DNA of 63,412 nucleotides, filler included, from Globobulimina sp. (GCA_003354225.1; 44 parts of 44 records of this genome joined end to end with filler, not necessarily neighbours in it); one strand, 5' to 3'; counted from the first letter of the whole stretch, positions 23,005 through 36,153 are shown. Numbers and translations: made by a program. Notes: generated from the letters alone by a model not told the origin.

Positions 23005-23305
23005 NNNNNNNNNNNNNNNNNNNNNNNNNNNNNNNNNNNNNNNNNNNNTTAATTAATTAANNNNNNNNNNNNNNNNNNNNNNNNNNNNNNNNNNNNNNNN
23101 NNNNTTTGTTCTTTTTTTTATGATTTCTCTTGTGTTTTGGCATGATAAGGTTTTTAATTATGAATGATATAAAATGTATAAATTAATTATGAAATAAGCG
23201 CGGCGATATTATATAATTTATATTGCAATTACAAATACGCCATGTTGGAAATAATATGGTGGGAGCTAAAATTAACTAAACATAATCGTGACTTGGTCTA
23301 ATATA

Positions 23306-24448
23306 ATGGCCTTCTCTTGGTTTGTAGGCAATAAACAGGAGACTCCAGAAACAGAAACAAAGAATTCAAACGACGAGAAATATGACGTGGACCTGCAATG
23401 GTTTGATGACATCGTGGAAGGGAGCGCATCAACAAAAGGAGATACACAAATTCTATCAAAGATTTGGGACCAGATAACTGGAGAAAATATGATCTCACGA
23501 ATAATATCACCGTCACAACAAAAAGCAGGCAAAATATGGAGCAAATTATGTCATCGCTGCGATATTTCCTATCCAAAATATAACACCTTATCTGTCGTAG
23601 ATGTATTTGATGAAAAGAATATTCGCGAAATAAATCTAATTCGTTATGCTATCCGCCATTCGTGTTGTGCTTATCCACCATCATGGGTCGTTTTGTTAGG
23701 TTGCTACGAAAATGACATAACAAAAGCTTTTCAATCTACAAAAACATTAATTTCAACTGTTTTCAATATGGATCGAGATAAAGATATCATAATTGATAAC
23801 TGTTCCAATAATTTGATCATTCCAAATAAATTACATCAACCTTCATTTTATCTATGCGTCGACCATAAGAAGCACAAAATAGTCATTGCCATTCGAGGCT
23901 CCTCCTCCATAGCTGACGCATTGACGGATATTAATGCTGTCGCAAAGGTATAAGTTCATATTTCATGAATAAAATTACGTAATATTTCTATGCAGGAATA
24001 CAAAGCATTCAATATTTGTGGATATGTGCACGAAGGTATTATGGCGTCGGCACGCTTTGTGTTTGATAAAGTGACCAAAGATTTGGTGCTGACTTGTAAT
24101 AAATATAAAGATTATCAATTGATTATAACGGGACATTCTTTAGGTGCGGGATGTGCCGCTTTGTTGGGATTTATGTATAATAATCATCCCATTATTTGCA
24201 CCCAAAATAAATTAAAAGTGTTTGCCTTTGCATCGCCATGTGTGATATCAAAGGAGTTTACAGAAAAGAATGTAGGAAATGAATATATCACATCGATTGC
24301 ATTGAGCACTGACTGTATAACTCGGTTATCTTTGCAGTCAGTAAAACAATCAAATTATCGGTTGGATGAAATTATGAAATGCAGTAATATGGTAATTAGA
24401 GAATGTATGGTTCAGTTGGAAGATGTAAAAGATTCGCAAGGTTTAAAA
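23306..24448 (+). CDS. Class-3 lipase (DAG-lipase-like), one intron, 3'-truncated
   Basis: IVIAIRGS..DALTD; YVHEGI; ITGHSLGAG (GxSxG). Intron 23948-23995. Confidence 0.9.
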
Positions 24449-24600
24449 NNNNNNNNNNNNNNNNNNNNNNNNNNNNNNNNNNNNNNNNNNNNTTAATTAA
24501 TTAANNNNNNNNNNNNNNNNNNNNNNNNNNNNNNNNNNNNNNNNNNNNATAATTAATTAAAGAAACAACAATATATTTTATTAAATGAATAAACACAAAT

Positions 24601-25892
24601 TTAATTATGAATTATAACAGCAGGCTCACGGGCGTGCTCTCTGGCACTTTTACCTTTGATTCGAACTTTTAATTTCCGGCCCGATAATTCATTGTCATCA
24701 CTGTCATCCGCATCCATCATCCCAACGATAATATTCTTCTTATTCCCCTCATCACTCACTTTCCTTATCGTTAACTGTCCAATCGACGCCAAATAATTTT
24801 CATAATAGCCCGATTTCGCAAACCTCCGCAATGAATCATTCATATTCTCCCAACAAGACACCCACGCATTGCACATACAAGCATCATACTCCTCCAATGT
24901 AATGCCTTTCGTTTCCAAATACCGGCTCCGCGCATACTTCTTAAACAGCGCATCCACACTCCCTCGAGCAACCGCACTCATATTAACATCTCTGGTGACT
25001 TTCTTGAGCCTCCTCCAGGATAAGTCGCTGTAATGTAGCAATGTCTCAGCTCTCTCCTCCTGTCCGCCCGCATTGCCCTTCCTAAACCAAGCTGCAAACC
25101 ATGAGGGTTCCACTGCTTTCGACACCACACTCTCATCTCTGAACGAATACTTATTATATCCTCCGGCTGCATCCACGGTAAACGTTTCTGTAGTTTGCTT
25201 TTCCAGCGGTATCCCTCCCATGTTCCCCACCCAATTATTGAGGCCCGCGTCAGTGCCCATAGCCATACCCATATGTCCACCGAGCAAGTCATGCATAGTC
25301 AGCTTCGCAGCGGCTTTGACCGGCAGTGCTGGCAATGTATCGACGTCAGATTTAGTCGCAACCATTTCCATCCCATTCAACTTACTCAAATGACTCAATC
25401 CATTTTTAATCTCTTTATTTGCCGGCACTGCAACTTCGACATTGGAAGCAAACCGCACACTGCGAGCCATCTTCTTTTTTTTCATTTGTACATCAAAGTT
25501 ACTGTCTGTTGCGTCGGCTGCGTCGGTTGCTGTTGCTTTGGGTGTTTCGTATTTATGATAATCGACATATTGCATACCATCTTCGTCATTATCCGATGCG
25601 AGCTCAATATCGGGCATACTCATCGTATGCGGTTCTGGTGTATCTGGTGAGTCCATCTCGCTTCTTGTTATACGACTAAACTTGACTGGCTCCGCATTCT
25701 GTGCGTCCGGCGTCAAATGGTGGAATAAATCCGTATCTTTCTTATGTAGTTCTATTCGAATTACTGCTGCAGTGGCACTGATAAATGGTACCGGTGGCTT
25801 ATAATTATCACAAGAATCCATTTCAGGCTCAGACAAAGTGGTCACATCATTCAAATTTAATGATACTTCTTTGGACACAGCTTGTGATACAT
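24601..25892 (-). CDS. Hypothetical protein with a possible split RGS-like C-terminal region, 5'-truncated
   Basis: Long ORF; CWENMNDSLRRFAKSGYY resembles the last RGS helix (LMxxDSYxRFLKS). Confidence 0.5.
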
Positions 25893-27835
25893 NNNNNNNN
25901 NNNNNNNNNNNNNNNNNNNNNNNNNNNNNNNNNNNNTTAATTAATTAANNNNNNNNNNNNNNNNNNNNNNNNNNNNNNNNNNNNNNNNNNNNAAACCCTA
26001 TGTGTCCAATATCTGTAAATTTTATAAAAATGTTCATTACCATGTTTTTTAGTTTAAGTTTACTCTAAACCTGAGTAAAATGTATATGGAACGCTCAAGT
26101 TATTTAGGTAAAAAGAAGGAGTATTTAGGTATAATAATAGAAGTAATATTATAAATAGGATACAATTATAAATATAGAGATTATGGATATATAGCTGGGA
26201 ATAAAGTAGGCATTCTACAAAAAAACAAATGCAGGCAGTTTAAATGAATCGAATTAAAGAAATCAAACACAAAAAAAGCAAACGCAAATACCAAAACAGT
26301 AAAGAAAATATATTTTTTGCCAACCATCACAATTAATATCTTTATTATTCCGACTTTCCACACCAAAGCATGACTATCTCCTGATACTACTTCTGAATCT
26401 AACAATGCATTAGCTTCACAATTAAGTGCGGTGTTCTTGGGATTTTAGTATTGTACCACTTTTGTATCCAAAAAAACCATTTTAGTAAGAATTGAGGAAA
26501 TTGAAAATTATTTATAACAGAACACAACAATGGACAAATAATTATGGGAAAAATTAATATGCTATGTGTATATGTGTGATTTCATAAAATAACTCATAAA
26601 ATAGCATTACTTATTTTATGAAGTACATCAATATTTATTCAGCGGCGATCGATATTAAATTTCTTATAACCAATTTTTTGTATGCTTTGACTGTGTTGAA
26701 ATTTGATTATTTGTGGAACGGCGGGTACTTAGTCAACGTTTTTGAGTGGAATGTTTGCATCTTCTTCTCAATCCCGCTACAGTTACCAATCGGTTAGAAG
26801 CAATCAATTTTGAGACAACGGCATATCGGTTAGAAGCAGACCCTGGCATATGATTCACCATTCAAACCAACAAATCATTAAGAAAACTATGAAGAAAAAA
26901 TATAATAGTCATGTTGATATGACATTGTTTGTATTTCTCAACATTTTTGTTTCATATCGATTGCATTTTTCTTGCACGTATTGATCACTTTAAGTGTCCC
27001 CGATTCTTTTTAGGATTAAACACCAGCAGTTTTGGGTCAATTTTGTATTTTTTGCTTTCTTGGTTCTATCCATGGATAATATTTAGATGTCCAGCATTTT
27101 TGGATGAAAAAGATTTATGATATTTGAAGAAAATGAATGCTTTATTGGTAATTAAAAGTAGATAACTCCGCTTTGGATGGATTCACTTGGAATATTTCGT
27201 AATATATAATTATACAATTGTTGTTGGTAACCAACGCCGGTATGTTGTTGTTGGAATAATTATTGTTGTTGGTTTGCTTCAATGCGTTCAATTTGAATTT
27301 CCACAAAATTGGCACATTCCTTGTCACAAAATATATNNNNNNNNNNNNNNNNNNNNNNNNNNNNNNNNNNNNNNNNNNNNTTAATTAATTAANNNNNNNN
27401 NNNNNNNNNNNNNNNNNNNNNNNNNNNNNNNNNNNNTTGCAGATATCAAATCCGATCGTAATCTGCTTATTTCCTCAGAATCAGATAAAGAATAATTATA
27501 ATTCCATCCGTTCACATCATTTAATATCGGTGATAATAAATTGATTGCATATTTACGAAATATTCTCCAGTGTCTCATTCAATTTTAATTCTGAGTTATT
27601 GCCCATGTCAATTTCAAAAGTTATATTTGTTTGCGTTTGTGCACTCAGTTTGGAATGAACGGGTTGTGAATTGAGTGTGTCCGTCATCTGTTGATCGTTC
27701 ATTTGACGTGGACCCTTCTTCAATGTCTGGAATCATTAAATGAGACTATTAAATTACTAAAACCGTTAAATCAAGAATCAAGTTTTTGAAGAAAAAAAAT
27801 CAAAGAATCAAGCAACACACAAATAGTTTAATACT

Positions 27836-28369
27836 TTACTGCGCATTCACTGTTTCAATCAATGTTTTCAATTCACCTCTTTCATCCAATGCCTTTGCAT
27901 CATCGCAACCACCAACACATTTCCCATCAATAAATACTATCGGCACCGATGTCTGAGTTAATGTCTTACAATAATTGCTAATTTGTTCCACATCAGATTC
28001 CTTAAAATCGGCATCAATCTCTTTTGTAATCACATTTTCTGAATATTTCTCTAATATTATTAAGGCTTCAGCACAAAATTTACAATCAGATCTTGCAATC
28101 ATTACAACAGATCCTGAGCTGGCAGCATCATCCACATATTGTTTAAGTTTCGCATTCAGTACAGCTTTAATTTTATCCTTTGCCACATTCTCTTTTTCAT
28201 CTTCTTTATCCACTGCTTTTGCGTCCACTTTAGGTTCTGCTTTGGCAGCTGGCTGATTTTCAAATGATTTCACCAAACCATCCAATAAATCAACATGGCT
28301 CTTTGTAATATCATTATCATTATCATTCTCATCATCATCCAAACCATCCAATAAATCAACCAGACTCAT
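27836..28369 (-). CDS. Glutaredoxin (CKFC) with acidic N-terminal extension
   Basis: SDCKFC..TSVPIVFIDGKCVGGCDD..GEL; VDLLDGL repeated twice in the N-terminus. Confidence 0.9.
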   Translation of the reverse strand: MSLVDLLDGLDDDENDNDNDITKSHVDLLDGLVKSFENQPAAKAEPKVDAKAVDKEDEKENVAKDKIKAVLNAKLKQYVDDAASSGSVVMIARSDCKFCAEALIILEKYSENVITKEIDADFKESDVEQISNYCKTLTQTSVPIVFIDGKCVGGCDDAKALDERGELKTLIETVNAQ

Positions 28370-28444
28370 TGTAATATCGTGTCTTTCCAAACCACTAAAA
28401 AACTTCAAATAAATTTTTGGTTTGACTGCTTTTCAATCTCAAAG

Positions 28445-28678
28445 ATGATTGTAACTGCGCTTATTCTATTCTTTATTGGCTCAACTCTATCAGCAGCAGA
28501 AATCATTGGTGTTAATTGTACAGACATCTGGGGAGATTTTTTTGGTGGAATAGGAGCAACATCCACTGCATCGTGTGAATCCGGTGAAACATTAGTAGGC
28601 TGTGGTGTTGATGGTAAAATTAATAATATTGGTGGTTCATGGGTTGATCCATCAGATACCAATACATGTATTGCTATG
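28445..28678 (+). CDS. Secreted Cys-rich protein (resistin/PCSK9-C-like module), first exon
   Basis: Signal peptide; ASCESGETLVGCG..GSW..TCIA. Confidence 0.55.
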
Positions 28679-28957
28679 GTATATGACATTATATTATATT
28701 ATATTATATTATTATATACCCTCTGTTTCTGTATATATAAACATATAAAAATATAAACACATTAAGTCGGGGCATGCAACNNNNNNNNNNNNNNNNNNNN
28801 NNNNNNNNNNNNNNNNNNNNNNNNTTAATTAATTAANNNNNNNNNNNNNNNNNNNNNNNNNNNNNNNNNNNNNNNNNNNNAAAAAAACAAATATAAACCC
28901 AGCGATCAAGCAACAAAATTAGAATTAGTAACGTTAATTCTTACCAATAATGAAGTA

Positions 28958-29692
28958 ATGGCGATTCAAAATAATATGTTAACACCATTGAAAAAAGGGG
29001 AATATTTAACCTCTGGGTTTGTTCGGAATCATATTAATTCAATCTCAAAAGATAAATATGATCATCAATTGTCAATTTTAATTGGTGGATATATTGGAAA
29101 TATATTTATGTGTTTTGATGTATTCCATTCAAAGTATAATGAAACTGTTAAATCTGATGCAAAAATTGTTGAAAGAGGCAAATATAAATTCACGGCAACA
29201 GGATACAAACATGCAAATAATGAGAAAAATGTATGGATATTATATGGATCATCGTGTGCAATGAATAAAGGTGTTCATGAATGGAAAATTAAAGTGATAA
29301 AAAATGCAACAAAACTCCGTTCTGAACATGATATGGTGGATGAATTTGGTGTGACAAATAAAATTGAGTTATGTACACAAAATGAAAATATATTCCATAA
29401 AATGAATGATTGGAGCAATCGGAAGGTATATAATGATATTAAGGATAGTTTATTTACATATAATTTTTGTACAGAAAATGAAGTTGGGTGGACTCCAAAA
29501 TACCATTTATATCTGAAAGAAAAGGATGTAATTAAAATTATATTGGATTGTAAGGAATGGCTATTATCATTTGAGATCAATGGGAAATTGGATAAGAATG
29601 TGAATACAATTCAATTGAAACCAAATTGTAGATATTACCCTGTAATCTTATCAAGACGTAATAAAACAAAATATAAACTTAAATGGTCATAA
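28958..29692 (+). CDS. SPRY/B30.2-like domain protein
   Basis: GVHEWKIKV..DVIKIILDCKEWLLSFEINGK..YYPVI. Confidence 0.7.
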   Translation: MAIQNNMLTPLKKGEYLTSGFVRNHINSISKDKYDHQLSILIGGYIGNIFMCFDVFHSKYNETVKSDAKIVERGKYKFTATGYKHANNEKNVWILYGSSCAMNKGVHEWKIKVIKNATKLRSEHDMVDEFGVTNKIELCTQNENIFHKMNDWSNRKVYNDIKDSLFTYNFCTENEVGWTPKYHLYLKEKDVIKIILDCKEWLLSFEINGKLDKNVNTIQLKPNCRYYPVILSRRNKTKYKLKWS

Positions 29693-29907
29693 TGCAATGT
29701 GTTCAAGACAACGAAAAATGGATAAAGTGTATGTTTTATCCACAGGAAAATCAAATTTAATATGATTGCTTGTAAATTGTTTTACTGTGATGTACATACT
29801 TTAGAATAGGACCTGTCACCTCACTGACTCACCTGTTATACAATATATGATGTTTCCAAAAGGTATTCTACTGCTAAAGTATACCGAAAAAACATTGCTT
29901 TGCTGTC

Positions 29908-30223
29908 ATGTCTTCGAATGAAACAACATCACCACCCGATCCAAATGACAGTAGCACCGTAGTAATAACTGTTTCAGTAATCGTTGCAGTTGCATTGGTT
30001 TTAGTGATTTGTTGTATATTTTTTTATTATCACAAACGAAATAAAATAAAATCGCAATATGGAAGATATGGTAAAACTGAAGAAATTGAAATGGCAGATG
30101 ATCAATGCACCTCAATAACGGATGATGTGAATACAACAAATGTGACAACAAATGTAACTGTAACAAAGGGATCAGGATTTACTCAAATTAACAACAACGA
30201 AGACGAAGGATTAATGTCAGATA
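29908..30223 (+). CDS. Single-pass membrane protein fragment
   Basis: Hydrophobic helix followed by a basic stop-transfer (HKRNK). Confidence 0.55.
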
Positions 30224-31766
30224 NNNNNNNNNNNNNNNNNNNNNNNNNNNNNNNNNNNNNNNNNNNNTTAATTAATTAANNNNNNNNNNNNNNNNNNNNN
30301 NNNNNNNNNNNNNNNNNNNNNNNTAAATTTCCTTCTTTTCGTGTGAGTCCTTTGTAATAAATCTTTAATAAGTACTGATGGATTTGTTTTCATTTTCAAT
30401 GCCTTTACATTTCCTTCCACCCAAATTGCAATATCTCTATTTGCAAAACAATCGTTTTTATGATGACGGAGATTTTGAATGGCATTCACTACCACAACAA
30501 TTGGAGATTTTTTCTGTTCAAATGACTTGATTTAGTCATAAGATTAAATGAGATGAATTGCCACAAACATTGGATGTGTTAGTTGTTTCCAAGAAAGTTG
30601 CTAGGAAATCGAAAGAAGATCAACCCGATGATTGGGTTATGACAAGATCAACATTGACAGAGGTTGCATTTCAAAAACAAATAATAATTTAAATTGATAT
30701 TTCGCTGTTTTATGTGCGTTCAAACAATGTTTGACCTGATATCTCTCACAAATATCTGTTGTCTTTGATTTTTGTTAACGAAAGGTATTGGAAACCTACA
30801 CACAAAGAGTTATTAGTGTTATGACGCTTTTCTGGATTATCCAATTTATTTTGAGTGATGGCTTCCCAAATATTGGGAAGGAAAATAGGTTAATAATAAA
30901 ATGTTAATGGTTGCCGATGTTGCACGGAAATTCTATAAAATCTATTCTTGTTCAAATGCTTGACTGCGACCACTGTGCCATCCGTTTTACGCCATATTGG
31001 CCTGCATTTCCTAATTGTTTCATTTTTACGAAATCGATGCCGAATGGCTTGGTGTCACCCAGATGGTTTTGTTTTTTTTGGCGGATTCGCGTGCGTCTTT
31101 AATGTCGTCTTCATTCAGTTTCTCGTCTTGCTTCTTTTCGTCCATGCTAAGGTAGTAAGGTTTGACTTTGGATAAAGTTTTTTGGAAATAGAAACGCAAA
31201 AAATAACATTTATATTTCCCTAACAAGTCAGATCACTGACAGCTGCTATAATTATAATTCGATGTGTTTCTAATTTTTATAACTTATAATTCGATGTGTT
31301 TCTAATTATAACTTAAACTCCGTTAAACGTTTCTAATTATAACTAATAATAATAACGTTTTAGCGTTAAACGGTAACTCTCTCGTAATTGAAGCAACCAC
31401 CTCAAACAAACAACAATTAAATAACTTAAACTCCGATCAATTTTGAACTTATACCTGACATTTTATCAAATAATGATTGACCAACGACAAGAGTTATTAG
31501 CAGAGACACAAAGTGGTGAAACCAAAGAGAAAGAGGCAGATAATATTACATCCTGGACACTGCATCCCCAATCCTGCATCCCCAACCGATTTTTAGTGAA
31601 AACTTGTCATTTCCAAAAATGCAGCTCACCAGGTGTTCAGAATGACTCATGCTGCTGGCATACCGANNNNNNNNNNNNNNNNNNNNNNNNNNNNNNNNNN
31701 NNNNNNNNNNTTAATTAATTAANNNNNNNNNNNNNNNNNNNNNNNNNNNNNNNNNNNNNNNNNNNN

Positions 31767-31933
31767 ATAATGGTATTCCATGTTTTGGATATTTTACCAT
31801 GTAAAGCTGCAACTTTCCATTCACCTTGGTTAAGTAGGGGTGAATAAAATGGGATAACATTAACAGCAGAAGCTTTATTAGGATTGTTGTCATCATTAGA
31901 ATTTGATAAGTACATGTAAACCGAATCAGCCAT
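31767..31933 (-). CDS. Polinton/Maverick-type minor capsid (penton) N-terminal fragment
   Basis: VYMYLSNS..NPNKAS..PLLNQGEWKVAAL..ISKTWNTI parallels penton FYxTLPSNS..PxN..LxGxWEVAL..PxTWxN. Confidence 0.6.
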
Positions 31934-32288
31934 TCTTATAACAATCTATCATACCGCGAGTACCTCAGTGTGAAGTATTGGTAAAAGTAATTTGTTATAA
32001 CAAAAAGATGATCACTCCTCGTAGTTTTTGATGACGAAAAATGATGATCTAACTGTAGCCTAGCAACCTCATGAGTAATTGTCATTGTTAATTTACTTCA
32101 TGTTACTACCACGCGGTGACGATTTACTTAAATATAGATTACCTCATTTTGTTTATTTTATAGCATTACTAAATAAAACAAACCTTAAGAGGCGAAAATA
32201 TCCCAACTCAATTGAAGGTTTTGACAAAAGTTCATATAAACCACCGACAAAGAAAATTAAGAAATTTTAATAAGTCTAATCTACAAAA

Positions 32289-33109
32289 ATGGTTGTAAAG
32301 AAGAATGATCTAGTAAGTTTGTAATAAAAAAATATCTGCCTATATTGATTGACTTGTCTTGTTAGTTCCCTAATGAAAAAAGAAACAAGGATATGGTAGA
32401 AAATTACACAACAGAACTGGTGCCATGCATGACAAAACTACCATTTCGAGGATCTGATGCACCCTTTAAATTTTTAATAAGGTCAATAAAAGGAGAATTC
32501 ATTGATCCTAATAACATCGTCCTTTACCTACAATTTAAAATTTGGAGAAAAGGAGATGGAGGAGAGTTGAAACGACTAGAGGATGGGGAAAATATTGCCC
32601 CTTATAATGGTTTCCTTTACACAATGTTTAAGGTTTGGTACTATGAGATGATAGTAATGCAGTGTAAATCATAATATTTCTAGGATATAACTGTTGATTT
32701 TAATGGCGTAACAGTTTACACAACTCATCAACAGTATCAACATCTTGCATATTTATCGCTACTGCTCCATGTACCTCATTCAACAAAGGATACACTATCC
32801 ACATCAGCGCTTTGGCATACAGACAAACCTGGAGGATTTAATCTAGTTAATATGGGCAATGCTACACTAAACCCTGGTTCTTATAAAAGAGCCAATCGAA
32901 CAGATAAATCATCAACCTGTGAATTGAAAGGTCTAATCTTAGTCGATTGTCTAAAGGTCTACAAACCAATTCTTGATGGCGTCGATATCGGTCTAAATTT
33001 TTTTATTCATGATCCAAAAGCATGCACACTTGCTAATTGGCCAGCAGCTAACCCAAAACGTGAATATATTATTGAAATTGAAGACGCCAAATTAGAAGTA
33101 CGTAGAATA
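32289..33109 (+). CDS. Polinton/Maverick (adintovirus-like) major capsid protein with two spliceosomal introns, 3'-truncated
   Basis: DL|F..PFKFLI..EFIDPNNIVLYLQFKI..IAPYNGFLYTMFK|DITVDFNG..YQHLAYLSLLL..SALWHTDKPG..NPG..R..ILDGVDI..IEDAKLEVRRI. In-frame GT-AG introns at 32313-32365 and 32633-32683. Confidence 0.82.
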
Positions 33110-33209
33110 NNNNNNNNNNNNNNNNNNNNNNNNNNNNNNNNNNNNNNNNNNNNTTAATTAATTAANNNNNNNNNNNNNNNNNNNNNNNNNNNNNNNNNNN
33201 NNNNNNNNN

Positions 33210-34552
33210 TTGCTTCGTTATCCATTGACGCAGATTTAGATTTACAATCTGGTTTGGTCTACACTTTCATGGTAAATATAGTGAATGATATCGATTCTGT
33301 GCAGTCATTACACGAATTAGTATTTGATTTTGACCCCCTTCGATGTCAAATCGCTACAAATGATATTATTTTGGATGCTGTAGATCCTCATTTTGATTCA
33401 AATAACTTGATCATTCCAGTGAATGGTTTATTATTTACCTATGATCCCAACGAATATGATATGTCAAAGCAGCATTTACTATGGAACTGGCAGTGTATTG
33501 ATCATAACAATATGTCATGTGTTGATTTATTGAGTTCCACGGAGACCTCTGTTGTTTTTGTTGATTTTGCAGCATTTATGTTCGACTATTCGCAACATTA
33601 TGACTTTACATTAACAATGGATGTGAGCAATAATGGCAATTGGTATACTGACCATTGTATTGATTCATTTAAAATTGAAATTAACACAAAAAACGAAAAT
33701 AATTCCGATAACTCAGTGAAACTGTTCATCGTTTCTGTTGCTGCGATACAAACAGAGATGAGCACAAACGATAGATTACGATTGGTCGGGAATATAATAA
33801 ATTATGATGCGCAATTAATAAATGACGGTGTGATGGATTACAAATGGATGGAATCAAATGGTTTATTGAGTGAACAAGATATTGCAGATTATCAGCAAAC
33901 TGTTTCCGACAATTCACTCAATTTGGTACTAAAAGAAAACGTGTTGGAGATTGGTGTGATATATGCTTTTGAATTAATAGTATCTCAGTATTCAGATAAA
34001 CAAAAACAAACTAAAATTGGTTATGGCAAGTCGACGCCGGTAACAGTAAAAACATTGCAAACACCCAGCATTATAAATGGTTCATTTCAGATTGTACCGG
34101 ACTGCAAGAATCAATATTTATCAATTTCTGATTTATTATCAATTTCTCACACGTTATCACTGTCAGTGAACAGTGAGAGCACTCCTTTGTTGTATCAATT
34201 TGGATATTATCATTCTGGTTATATTTATTTTGACTCAGCAAGTTATTTATCTAATTCGTTTTTGTCGAATATTTATTTATCAATTGGAGATTATTCGATC
34301 TTTGGAAACGTAATTGATTCGAAAGCATCAACAACCACCGAAACAATTGAATGTTCTATCAAATTAGAAACATATTCGCAATGTTTAGATTTCCAGCAAC
34401 ATATAATTGATCCATTTCTGCAGAATAATAATGATTATTCCGAGATATTTTCAAAATTGGATGTTTATCTTAAATATTTAACTGAATACAATGGAGATGA
34501 TGCGGAATGTATCGAGAACTCATTAAATGCCACATTGAAAGATCATATATGA
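33210..34552 (+). CDS. REJ/PKD-like domain surface protein, internal fragment
   Basis: TYDPNE..LLWNWQC, YKWMES, LNLVLKENVL, PLLYQFGY. Confidence 0.65.
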
Positions 34553-34755
34553 NNNNNNNNNNNNNNNNNNNNNNNNNNNNNNNNNNNNNNNNNNNNTTAA
34601 TTAATTAANNNNNNNNNNNNNNNNNNNNNNNNNNNNNNNNNNNNNNNNNNNNTGTTCTGTGTTTGTTATAACTTTGTAGTCAGAACAAGTTTTGAATTGA
34701 ACCAAATGTATACAAAGGGTTGTATTGTTGAGAGTTCCTGTTGAAGTAAGAGAAC

Positions 34756-35784
34756 ATGGCTTCATCAGAGCAAGAAATAAACGATGTGAAGGAAGAAGAA
34801 AAAGCCAAATACCCACAAACAACGCAAACTGTTTTGATGGTGCCTCCAAATAAATACACAGGGTGGAATGCGGAGGTACTGCTACTTGGACAATAATATT
34901 AAATATTCAATGAATATATATATTTGTTTCATGATCAGGCAGCAAAGGATAATAAATTCATGGTGCACCCTGACGTAAATTTGAATTTAGCACAGTATGA
35001 AACAGAATTTTACCGATTAGTGGATGCATTAACAGGGTGCAATGTGGATGTCATTGTAGCATCAAAAGGTACTCAAAAAACACCCGATTGTATGTTTCCC
35101 AACAACTGGTTATCGATACATGATGGAACACCGTGTATATATCCAATGCGTGTTGAAAATCGTCGGTTAGAGATACGAGCCGATATTATTCAATTGTTAG
35201 TATCAAAAGGATTGGCTAGCAATGATTTGTATGATCTGACACCATATGTTGAGGAGAACCTCTTTTTGGAAGGAACCGGTGCTTTGGTGTTGGACCGAGG
35301 AAACCGCATTGCATATTGCAACATGTCGTTGCGAGCAATGTCACAGTTAGCAATACAATGGGCACATTATTTTGGTTATAAATTGGTTTTATTCCAAGCA
35401 TTTGATGATGAAGGAAGTGCCATATATCATACCAATGTGCTAATGTCAGTGGGCACAACTTATGCAATCGTTTGCTTTGATGCCATAAAAGGAAAACACA
35501 CCAAAAAATATGTTGCTTCTACATTGCGGCAAGAATCAAGAAAGGAAATAATTGAAATTAGTATAGCTCAAATGAAGCAGTTTTGTGGCAATGTATTGGA
35601 ATTAAAGAGTAAAAACGGTGGTAAAATATTGGCAATGAGTGACAAAGCGTATAAAGCATTTACACAAAATCAAATACAAATATTACAAGAAAAGCATGCG
35701 CTTAAAATTATACATCCGGACATTGAGAATATTGAAAATATGTTTGGTGGAGGGGTACGATGTATGATTGCTGAGGTTTTTTAA
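34756..35784 (+). CDS. Amidinotransferase/pentein hydrolase (CtlX-like), one intron
   Basis: VLMVPP, TPDCMFPNNWLS, YPMRVENRRLE, LEGTGALVLDR, IYHTNVLMSVG, GGGVRCMIAEVF. Intron 34876-34938. Confidence 0.9.
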
Positions 35785-36153
35785 AGTATTCTCATACTCA
35801 TAGCAAGAAATCAGACCATTCAATTTGTAAAATGCATTGTCTTTTTAATTTTTATTATTGATTTTATTTATGGAGATATTTCCTTATTAGATGCGTGTGA
35901 GGAGAATATCATTGACATAACTCGTCCTCTGTCTGGTATTATGCAATATTCTTTCATTTTATCTGAACGATATATTCCAAAAGATAACCCCCCCCNNNNN
36001 NNNNNNNNNNNNNNNNNNNNNNNNNNNNNNNNNNNNNNNTTAATTAATTAANNNNNNNNNNNNNNNNNNNNNNNNNNNNNNNNNNNNNNNNNNNNGCGGA
36101 CTAATGTGGTTAAGGGCTTCTAGAACCACTGTGCGAGAAAAAAACTTTACAAG

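Noticed and set aside
35987-35996. Poly-C run as a telomere
   Set aside because: Homopolymer at a contig end, no repeat unit; probably a sequencing artefact.
36109-36135. TAAGGGCTTCTAGAACC as a third copy of the transposon terminus
   Set aside because: Only GGGCTT matches; the ATAAGTACTG core is absent.
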